Of a stretch of DNA of 39,996 nucleotides, positions 7,941-14,393 are shown piece after piece; within the stretch, counting starts at the first letter, position 1; every line of letters begins with the position of its first letter. Below the pieces are notes generated by a model. That model did not search any database and was not told the DNA's origin. It saw only the letters and a program-made list of their open reading frames with translations. Location: positions 1 through 39,996 of the IMG/VR virus record IMGVR_UViG_3300038393_003168; one strand, written 5' to 3'. This DNA is from a virus. Taxonomy: Duplodnaviria; Caudoviricetes. The translations under genes were made by a program, and so were the position numbers.

Positions 7941-8747
7941 TCATGCGGCACACTCCACAAATTCGCCCTGTTCGCTGATCGAGTACCAAGTGTCTGCCTT
8001 GATGTTTTCGCCAACGTAGCCAACAGCAAAGCGAATGCGGTTCCCGTCATGCCAGGGGGCGGCAATGCATCCGTTTTCAGATGCGCGGAATTTCGTTACC
8101 GATCCGGCGCAAGCAATGACGGCGTTCTTTCCGGTTGAATCGATCCGGGCGGAGTCACCACTGGAGCCGATCCGGGCGGAGTCACCACTGGAGCCGATCC
8201 GGGCGGAGTAACCACTGGAGCCGATCTGGGCGGAGTCACCACTGGAGCCGATCTGGGCGTAGTAACCACTGGAGCCGATCCGGGCGTAGTAACCACTGGA
8301 GCCGATCTGGGCGGAGTAACCACTGGAGCCGATCAGGGCGGAGTCACCACTGGAGCCGATCCGGGCGTCTCTCTTATCCGTGGTCAGCGGGTCATCGCCA
8401 GCGTTCGCATAAGACTTAGGAATCTGAGCCAGCCACGCCTTGGCAACCATATTCAGCGCAACAGCGAAATCGCCGCTGTAGATCACTTCGCCGCGAGGAA
8501 ACTTGACCTTGCCGCCGATCTTGACCAGTGTTGATTCCTCGACCTCGACAACCTGCCAGAGCGGTTCGTCATAGTTCTTGATGTCGGACCAATCGCCTTC
8601 AGGCCAAAGAATGCCGTGCAGACCATTGCCGCACTCAGCCTTGCTATTCCAATCGCTGCACTCGACGGGGCCAGACGAAGGCCACTGAAAGCCGCCATGT
8701 GCTTTGCCGTCTTTATCGCTTGTTCTAAGTACTAGCACCTTCGACAT
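7941..8747 (-). CDS. Phage protein with nonapeptide repeat solenoid (SARIGSSGD)
   Basis: N-terminal GGFQWP...ECGNGLHG domain, about 8.4 nine-residue repeats, C-terminal VGENIKADTWYSI...GEFVE. Confidence 0.85.
   Translation of the reverse strand: MSKVLVLRTSDKDGKAHGGFQWPSSGPVECSDWNSKAECGNGLHGILWPEGDWSDIKNYDEPLWQVVEVEESTLVKIGGKVKFPRGEVIYSGDFAVALNMVAKAWLAQIPKSYANAGDDPLTTDKRDARIGSSGDSALIGSSGYSAQIGSSGYYARIGSSGYYAQIGSSGDSAQIGSSGYSARIGSSGDSARIGSSGDSARIDSTGKNAVIACAGSVTKFRASENGCIAAPWHDGNRIRFAVGYVGENIKADTWYSISEQGEFVECAA
8141..8367. repeat. 27-bp coding tandem repeat, about 8.4 copies
   Basis: Unit cgatc(c/t/a)gggcg(g/t)agt(c/a)accactggagc repeats contiguously from 8141. Confidence 0.95.
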
Positions 8748-8769
8748 GAAATCCCCTTTTATGTATTCG

Positions 8770-9150
8770 GTAGTGAATCCCGCGCTTCAACATCTACAGG
8801 GGCGGGAACCTGCCGGACTCTTCGCTTTCGCGCTCATGTTCCGCATGAGTGTTGAGGATGAGTTTTTGCTTCCAGCTTTCGGCCCGAAGGCGTACTTTTT
8901 CCACTACTCACCCATCCCCAACAGAAAAGCCGGCCGCCTAGCTAGAAACCTCACCAGTGACGGCGGGTGACAACCGGCTTATCTCTTGGGGCCGGTCTCT
9001 CCCGGCTGTCACGCAACCTAACCCTAAGCAGTGGGCGCGTTCCCCTTCTGCGTAGCCGACGCGTCGGCGGTTCCTGTGTATTCATGCCAGTTGCACTTTT
9101 CGGGACTGGCAGCTCCGTTCGCATGACATCGCAGTGCTGATGCGGGAGAC
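8770..9150 (-). ncRNA. Putative cluster of structured non-coding RNA modules
   Basis: About 400-nt gap in an otherwise tightly packed operon. Many stems have G-U pairs and C(UUCG)G / C(GAAA)G tetraloops on the minus strand, and several loop-distal pairings could form pseudoknots. Folded by eye only. Confidence 0.6.
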
Positions 9151-9408
9151 TCAATCCAATTGTTCAACTACGACCGTTCCTGTAACGCGCACCAGCTTGT
9201 TCGTTGCTGAATCATTGAAATACCATCCATCGCTATGTTCTTCAGTGGCGACCTTGCCGCTTGACTTCCATTCGCGAATCACAGCACCGCTTGCTCCATA
9301 CAGCGTTACCTTGAACTTGCTGCCAAATCCTCCGATCTGCGCCTTTTGTGCATCAGTGCAGCCAGCGCATGAAAGAATAAGAATCAGTGCCAATAAATTG
9401 CGTTTCAT
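9151..9408 (-). CDS. Small lipoprotein
   Basis: MKRNLLALILILSCAGC signal peptide and lipobox; AGGAGG RBS; 85 aa. Confidence 0.8.
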   Translation of the reverse strand: MKRNLLALILILSCAGCTDAQKAQIGGFGSKFKVTLYGASGAVIREWKSSGKVATEEHSDGWYFNDSATNKLVRVTGTVVVEQLD

Positions 9409-9467
9409 GTTTTCCTCCTTGATTAACTTGCTTCGATTGGGCGTACGGACTATTACGGAAGCGCGGC

Positions 9468-9674
9468 TCATTGCGCACCCGCCCTGTTGAGACCACGACG
9501 CAGAACATCCGCATTCATCTCAAGCGTTTGAGCACGGTCTTGATACCGAACCGCTGCATTCCAGTTATTGAGAAGCACGGCGCAGCGTGCCTTGTGGCGT
9601 AGTAAGCGGCTTTCCCTCTGCATGTCTTCTACAAGGGAAGGGGTGTAAGCCTGCTTTTGCATGATGTTGCTCAT
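9468..9674 (-). CDS. Hypothetical protein
   Basis: 68 aa from MSNIMQ; GGAGG RBS; ATGA overlap. Confidence 0.6.
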   Translation of the reverse strand: MSNIMQKQAYTPSLVEDMQRESRLLRHKARCAVLLNNWNAAVRYQDRAQTLEMNADVLRRGLNRAGAQ

Positions 9675-9931
9675 GCGGACGCCTCCGCTTTGGCGTTCAA
9701 TACTCTCTTGCAGTAGCGGCATTGAACGAAGTTCAAGACGCCATGAGCATCAATAAACGCGTGCTTACCGTGATGCTGCCGCCCAAATTCGCTTTCAGGA
9801 TGTGCGCGGAATACTTCGACCTGGTTGTGGCGACAAGCACGTACATCGCACAAGATCGTGGATACCAATGCGATCAGCGAAACGACTCCGAAGAAGATGC
9901 CGAATAAAAGGGATGCGAAGAGGCCGTTCAT
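9671..9931 (-). CDS. Hypothetical membrane-anchored protein with C..H / CRYC motif
   Basis: N-terminal hydrophobic helix; ATGA overlaps at both ends. Confidence 0.6.
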   Translation of the reverse strand: MNGLFASLLFGIFFGVVSLIALVSTILCDVRACRHNQVEVFRAHPESEFGRQHHGKHAFIDAHGVLNFVQCRYCKRVLNAKAEASA

Positions 9932-10152
9932 GCCGCTCCCCCTTTCTGCGCTTCGGATTTGACGTCCTCATCGTAGTAAGCGAAGCCGCGCATCCAATCG
10001 GCACGCGCCTTGATATGAAAGGGCAAATCTGCGGCTGTAAGCGCTTTGCTCATCCCATAGGGACAATCATCCTTTGACTCGCCGTTACGCCTTGCTGCAA
10101 TGCCTTCCATTTCGTAGCAAGAGGGCTCGGGCGCTGTTTTTTTAGTTTTCAT
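9928..10152 (-). CDS. Rmf/CrpP-fold small protein
   Basis: 74 aa: YEMEGIAARRNGESKDDCPY...RADWMRGF, matching the G..A...G.....CPY...W..G(W/F) pattern of ribosome modulation factor-like proteins. Confidence 0.6.
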   Translation of the reverse strand: MKTKKTAPEPSCYEMEGIAARRNGESKDDCPYGMSKALTAADLPFHIKARADWMRGFAYYDEDVKSEAQKGGAA

Positions 10153-10163
10153 GGCGTCTACCC

Positions 10164-10469
10164 TCAGTTGAAATAGAAGCCGATGCATCCGGGGTTTTCC
10201 CACTCCCAGAAACCGCCATGTTGCTTGGCGAACTCTTCCAGCTTCGGATTGATCCATGGATAGCCGCCGCGATATTCGCCGTAATAGTCGGCCCAAGGCT
10301 GACCATCTTCTGCGGAGACGCGCAGCACACCGTCGCGGATAAACGAGGTCGGATGCACGTCCATCTCTTCGTATTTCGGGTGCGTTCCGCCAAAACCCTT
10401 TGTGGTCAGCGTTGCGAGTGCGGCCTGCAATTGCTCTAGCGTTGCTGTATGTGCTTTCTTCGCTTCCAT
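10164..10469 (-). CDS. Hypothetical phage protein
   Basis: 101 aa with SAEDG...ADYYG...GFWEWENPG; TGATG overlap. Confidence 0.7.
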   Translation of the reverse strand: MEAKKAHTATLEQLQAALATLTTKGFGGTHPKYEEMDVHPTSFIRDGVLRVSAEDGQPWADYYGEYRGGYPWINPKLEEFAKQHGGFWEWENPGCIGFYFN

Positions 10470-10795
10470 CACGCACCCCTCAAAGCAAAGTTGCAAGCAG
10501 CCGTAGCCCAGCGCTCGAAGGCCAGATACGTCGTGCCGGGGATCTTCATCTTGTCGTCAACCCAGTCGATGGCAAGGGCGTGATAGACCGGGCCAGCCTG
10601 CTTCGAATTGCCGAACTCATCTTCGTAGTGACCGGTCAGGGCCAAGTCTTCGATGAACTGCTGGACCTGTGCAGTCGTGGCACGAGGTCGGTTGATCGGC
10701 TCCCACGGTTCCCAGGCTTGCGGCTCGGACGGTTCTTGTCTGTCGTAGCTCCGCTGCGCTCTAGCGAGAACAGTTTGGTTGATCAGTGCGGACAT
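10469..10795 (-). CDS. First gene of the leftward early (pL) operon, hypothetical
   Basis: 108 aa from MSALIN; AAGGAG RBS just downstream of pL. Confidence 0.65.
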   Translation of the reverse strand: MSALINQTVLARAQRSYDRQEPSEPQAWEPWEPINRPRATTAQVQQFIEDLALTGHYEDEFGNSKQAGPVYHALAIDWVDDKMKIPGTTYLAFERWATAACNFALRGA

Positions 10796-10842
10796 TCTTG
10801 GCTCCTTCGGTGGTGCAGCGGGTTTGCTGCGTCGATGGAGGT

Positions 10843-10885
10843 ACTTTAGCAAACACTAAACTCAAAGTAAAGTAAAAACTAAACT
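10843..10885 (-). promoter_or_regulatory. pL promoter with two repressor operators (oL)
   Basis: Minus-strand TTTACT-17 bp-TAAAGT. Operators TTTAG-CAAACA-CTAAA (10845-10860) and TAAAG-TAAAAA-CTAAA (10868-10883) use the same palindrome as oR. Confidence 0.8.
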
Positions 10886-11006
10886 TTCAGGGAAAATAAT
10901 TTGTAACAGCCCAACTGAACGGGCGTTCTAAATATTGAGAAACGAGGGGAGAGGGTGTAAAAAATCCGGCTCAGGTTTGCTATGCTGCCGAGGAGGAGGT
11001 GGTGCT

Positions 11007-11255
11007 ATGACAGAAGAACAAATACTCAAGATGATTGCAAACCCGGATCTGCCGCCGTATCAGGGCACATGGGCGGATCTAGTGAGGGAATACGTGATTG
11101 CCCTTGCTGGCATCTCGAAGAAGATCAATCGGGAGGATATGGCGGCGCTGGTGGCGTTTGGCGCAGTGGTCTACCAGCGAGGACTGGCGGATTTCCGGTC
11201 AGGTATCGATGAGGAGGCGCTGTTTAAGGCGCTGCAGGAAAAGAAAACGCATTGA
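11007..11255 (+). CDS. Hypothetical 82-aa moron protein in the immunity region
   Basis: AGGAGG RBS; extended -10 TGC-TATGCT at 10978-10986; convergent with hicA. Confidence 0.65.
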   Translation: MTEEQILKMIANPDLPPYQGTWADLVREYVIALAGISKKINREDMAALVAFGAVVYQRGLADFRSGIDEEALFKALQEKKTH

Positions 11256-11290
11256 AAGGCCGGCTGGAGTTTTATGGGCATAAAGGAGAT

Positions 11291-11539
11291 TTAATCGAGG
11301 GCTTTCAGGAAATCCAATTTCGAGACGCCTGCCTGCGAGACTATGCTTTTTATATTCTTCGCGCTGACTTGCCCGTTATGACAATCCACCGTTACCTTGT
11401 ACTTGTGACCGTTGAGAATTTTTTCGTATTGTTCGTGGGATGTGCCCTTTTGCGGCTGTTTGACAAAGCCGAGACGTTCGACGGCCCGCCGCACCTTATG
11501 GCATGGCTGCGGCTTGTGCGGCAGGAAAAGCTTGATCAC
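11291..11539 (-). CDS. hicA: HicA-family mRNA interferase toxin
   Basis: VRRAVERLGF...KGTSHEQY...VTVDCH...KSIVSQAG; dsRBD-like HicA with G-x-S-H catalytic His. Confidence 0.85.
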   Translation of the reverse strand: MIKLFLPHKPQPCHKVRRAVERLGFVKQPQKGTSHEQYEKILNGHKYKVTVDCHNGQVSAKNIKSIVSQAGVSKLDFLKALD

Positions 11540-11886
11540 GCCAGGACGACTGGCAGATGCTCTTTAAATGTGCGCTTGGCGGGATCGCCATGATGCTTCA
11601 TCCCGCGAATGGCGCAGGCAATACGGGCGAGATGATAGCGAATGCGGAAAGATAGAGGAGCACGACGCGGCATCAGATCGTCAATATATTGACGATCCAC
11701 GGTCAGCGCCTCTCTCACATATTGTTCGATTTGGGCGTGCAGCTTAGCCTTAACCTCTTTGGCGCTTCCTGCTTGGGCGGCCAGATTCAGGTCAATGCAA
11801 ATCGCAAACCACGAGCCGTCTCGCTCGCGTTCTGCGTAACAACGCAATACGATGTCGCTAGGTGTCATTCTCTTCCGTTGCAACAT
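11536..11886 (-). CDS. hicB: HicB-like antitoxin without DNA-binding domain
   Basis: WFAICIDLNLAAQAGSAKEVKAKLHAQIEQY is the partial RNase H fold of HicB; upstream of and overlapping hicA (GTGA). Confidence 0.8.
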   Translation of the reverse strand: MLQRKRMTPSDIVLRCYAERERDGSWFAICIDLNLAAQAGSAKEVKAKLHAQIEQYVREALTVDRQYIDDLMPRRAPLSFRIRYHLARIACAIRGMKHHGDPAKRTFKEHLPVVLA

Positions 11887-12095
11887 GACAACTCCCAAAT
11901 TTTCTTGTTATATGCTGTATGAAAAGCCACTACAACTGTGATCATAGCATACCGCCCAGGCGTAGGTAGTCTAGACCGGTCTGCTGTGGTTTGAGGAAAA
12001 CCAAGCCTTATTCTTGCTTTAACGGCGGGCCCGCATGGGCACTTTAGCGCTGCCGCCCACATCCCTTCCATTCCCACCTATCCCAGGGAAGAGGA

Positions 12096-12371
12096 TTATT
12101 TAGCTACGCATCTGAAATCAACGACAACCGTTGTTGCTGCAGGAAAAGCCCACGAAGATTGGGTGTTTATTACATCAATTTGCTTGCCCAACGAATTGCA
12201 TTTTTCGTTCGCTCTTGTCAGAACAATTTTTCGTGCGCCTGTTGCTCCGCCCCGCGCAGGAGATGCGGTTGCAGATACCTGATATGTATCAACTCCTGTT
12301 TGAAGTACGCCAGATTGAGAAGCGCACGCTGTAAGCATTAAAGTGAGTGTAATTAATGAAAATCTGTTCAT
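12096..12371 (-). CDS. Lipoprotein; candidate superinfection-exclusion moron
   Basis: MNRFSLITLTLMLTAC lipobox; AT-rich gene; GAGGA RBS; located downstream of cI in the same orientation. Function inferred. Confidence 0.75.
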   Translation of the reverse strand: MNRFSLITLTLMLTACASQSGVLQTGVDTYQVSATASPARGGATGARKIVLTRANEKCNSLGKQIDVINTQSSWAFPAATTVVVDFRCVAK

Positions 12372-12423
12372 TATTTCCTCTTTTGTTATTAACCTAAAAT
12401 CCAATATTTTCACTGAAAGTATT

Positions 12424-12449
12424 TGGTAGACTGCTGTTCATACGTACAG
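12424..12449 (+). promoter_or_regulatory. LexA (SOS) box overlapping an extended -10 promoter
   Basis: CTGT-TCATACGT-ACAG at 12434-12449 matches CTGT-N8-ACAG; TGG-TAGACT at 12424-12432 lies immediately upstream. Confidence 0.8.
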
Positions 12450-12527
12450 TGTTTTACGTTCCCCGCAGGTAGTACCAGAACCACGTAACACGCTGATTTT
12501 TCAACATCCATCCCGAAAGGCGGGGGT

Positions 12528-12716
12528 ATGCAAAATCAGTTTGAAGCTCGACTCATCCAAGCTTTCCGCGCAATGCACCCAGAAGAGAGAGAAATGCTTC
12601 TGAATCTCGCATGTGCGCGAGCGTCCGAATACCGACAGGAAAAACCGGACCTACGTCTCGTCATTGGTGGCGCGAATCCACCGAGCTTGACTGGCCTTAG
12701 CAGCGCCACGGGCTGA
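12528..12716 (+). CDS. Putative SOS-inducible antirepressor resembling the repressor C-terminal domain
   Basis: 62 aa downstream of the LexA box. LIQAFRAMHPEEREMLLNLACARA aligns without gaps to cI LISLYQQASDRGRKFILDSARGAA. Overlaps the cI 3' end in antisense. Confidence 0.65.
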   Translation: MQNQFEARLIQAFRAMHPEEREMLLNLACARASEYRQEKPDLRLVIGGANPPSLTGLSSATG

Positions 12717-13040
12717 GTCAAGAATAAATTTCCGGCCTCGGTCGCTTGCCTGCTGGTAAAGCGAAATCAATTCGATAATCTCGTCGGCAATAACGGCGGG
12801 ATCGGCGCTGGGCACCTCCGGTTTCTTCTTGAGGCTTAGAACCTGGGCAGTATCGTCTACGCGGTCTAAATAGCCGGTGCCCATACCATAATCGTCTTCT
12901 AGCCTCCGGGCCGCCTTTTCCCCAAAGGAAGCGTCACCGCTTAGAAGCTGAGAGAAATAGCTTTTCTCGGCTGGCGGGACTCCATTCTTGGCAACCCATT
13001 TCGATAGCTGGGCGCGGCGTACTTCATGCGCAGGTTTCAT
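12651..13040 (-). CDS. cI: Prophage repressor (CI-like, no S24 autopeptidase domain)
   Basis: RRAQL...SYFSQLLSGDASFGEKAARRLEDDYGMGTGYLD is a lambdoid repressor N-terminal domain; divergent from cro; 129 aa. Confidence 0.8.
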   Translation of the reverse strand: MKPAHEVRRAQLSKWVAKNGVPPAEKSYFSQLLSGDASFGEKAARRLEDDYGMGTGYLDRVDDTAQVLSLKKKPEVPSADPAVIADEIIELISLYQQASDRGRKFILDSARGAAKASQARWIRATNDET

Positions 13041-13050
13041 GATGCGCAGA

Positions 13051-13108
13051 AGTTTAGTCTTTTCTAAATTAGTATTCACTTGACTTTGGGTTTAGTAATA
13101 ACTAAACT
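13051..13108. promoter_or_regulatory. oR: three operators, pR and pRM
   Basis: TTTAG-TCTTTT-CTAAA (13053-13068), ATTAG-TATTCA-CTTGA (13068-13083), TTTAG-TAATAA-CTAAA (13091-13106). pR is TTGACT(13080)-17 bp-TAAACT(13103). Minus-strand -10 TAAACT at 13051-13056. Confidence 0.85.
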
Positions 13109-13115
13109 CGGGGTT

Positions 13116-13379
13116 ATGGACCTCAAAACCTACATTTCCGACAGCCCGAGGGGCACGGCGACAAAGCTTGCCGAAAAGCTCGACGTGTCGACTTCCTACC
13201 TTTCTCAGATGGCGAGCGGCGATGCGCCGATCTCGCCGCAGCGGGCGGTAGAAATCGAGAACGAGACCGAAGGTAAGGTCACGCGCAAAGACCTTTTCCC
13301 TAATAACTGGCACTTGGTATGGCCGGAACTGGCGAATGCCGCAAAGCGTCGCCGCTCCACAGATAAGGAGGCGACGTGA
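13116..13379 (+). CDS. cro: Cro-like (YdaS family) regulator
   Basis: ATKLAEKLDVSTSYLSQMASG...AVEIENETEGKVTRKDLFP..WHLVWPELA; divergent from cI. Confidence 0.88.
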   Translation: MDLKTYISDSPRGTATKLAEKLDVSTSYLSQMASGDAPISPQRAVEIENETEGKVTRKDLFPNNWHLVWPELANAAKRRRSTDKEAT

Positions 13380-13528
13380 GCCTGTACACCCGATTCGTTC
13401 TCTTGCTTCTCCGTCCCGTTCTCGACGCATATCACGAAGAGAAGGTAAATGCGCGGGAGAAGGCCAAGGTGGTATCGATCACGGACGACATCCGGCGTCG
13501 CGTGAAGAGTGGTGAGTTGCATCTGTAG
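13376..13528 (+). CDS. 50-aa hypothetical protein
   Basis: GTG start overlapping the cro stop; AAGGAGG RBS; MSLYTRFVLLLLRPVLDAYHEEK...ELHL. Confidence 0.55.
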   Translation: MSLYTRFVLLLLRPVLDAYHEEKVNAREKAKVVSITDDIRRRVKSGELHL

Positions 13529-13593
13529 TCCTCCCGTTTTTTGTTTTGCTGATGTAGGTAGTTTCGTTTTTTTTGTCCAAATAGGGTACTCAA

Positions 13594-14022
13594 ATGGCCT
13601 CAAATAATAAGAACGCAGTTGAGCAGGGTTCGCTTCCGTTGGCGCGTGCGGTCGAGTGGGTTGATCTTCCGGTTGAAACCGTCATGAAGCAAAAGACCTT
13701 CATGGGCGCGGTCAATCTCTGTATCACCGAGTCCGGACTTGAAGACAAAGAAATCTATCTCGCGCTGGGCATCGATTCCGGGCACTTCTCGAACATCCGC
13801 AAGGGCGTGGGCCACTTCCCGCCAAACAAGCTAGATGACCTCTGCAACCTGTGCGGCAACGATGCGCCGCTGATCTGGTGGGCGACGAAGCGCGGGTTTG
13901 GTCTTGTTCTCCTGAAATCCGAGGCAGAGCGCCGCGCAGAGGAGGCAGAGCGCCGCGCGAAAGAGGCGGAAGAAAAACTGCGCTTCTTGACCCAGGTAAT
14001 GCAAGGCAAGGTCGCAGCTTAA
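13594..14022 (+). CDS. CII-like HTH regulator
   Basis: DKEIYLALGIDSGHFSNIRKG HTH, CGNDAPLIW, C-terminal coiled coil; located after cro. Confidence 0.65.
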   Translation: MASNNKNAVEQGSLPLARAVEWVDLPVETVMKQKTFMGAVNLCITESGLEDKEIYLALGIDSGHFSNIRKGVGHFPPNKLDDLCNLCGNDAPLIWWATKRGFGLVLLKSEAERRAEEAERRAKEAEEKLRFLTQVMQGKVAA

Positions 14023-14117
14023 TTTTTTCCTCTCTGAAATCGAGAGGGCAAGCACCCAGCCTCACACGGTAAAGCAGCACAGAAAAGCAGTACTGAGATG
14101 TATCAAAGGAGACGGCC

Positions 14118-14393
14118 ATGAAAACCAATGTCCAGATCACGTCAATCATGTCCTTCTATGGGAAGGTTCAGGCGATCAAGAACGAGCAGCACCGGAAAAT
14201 CCTCAAGGCAATGAAGCCGGGTCGGAACTATACCGGTCAAGAGCTCTGCCGTCTCACCGGGTACACGCCGAACGTCATCAGTGCGCGGTTGTTTGAATTG
14301 CGCGAGGAATTGAAAGTAGTTGAGCGCAGTGAAGATAAGCGCATCTGCCGCTATTCCAAGTGCCTCGTATTCACACATTCGAGGGCTTCATGA
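14118..14393 (+). CDS. Winged-helix DNA-binding protein
   Basis: YTGQELCRLTGYTPNVISARLFELRE; AAGGAG RBS. Confidence 0.7.
   Translation: MKTNVQITSIMSFYGKVQAIKNEQHRKILKAMKPGRNYTGQELCRLTGYTPNVISARLFELREELKVVERSEDKRICRYSKCLVFTHSRAS

Noticed and set aside
8141-8367. CRISPR array or DGR template/variable repeat
   Set aside because: Units are contiguous with no spacers, in frame within a gene. No cas or reverse transcriptase gene is present, and the variation is not adenine-specific.
9121-9150. Hammerhead ribozyme core (CTGATG on plus strand)
   Set aside because: Reads CTGATGC rather than CTGATGA, and no matching GAAA/stem arrangement was found.
8951-9154. 67-aa ORF across the structured region
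   Set aside because: No convincing RBS or protein-like features, and dense RNA pairing explains the region better. The ORF is not formally excluded.
9928-10476. 182-aa ORF as given in the track
   Set aside because: The upstream part overlaps the 10164-10469 gene; the plausible start with an RBS is at 10152 (74 aa).
11252-11593. 113-aa plus-strand ORF
   Set aside because: Antisense to the well-supported hicA gene.
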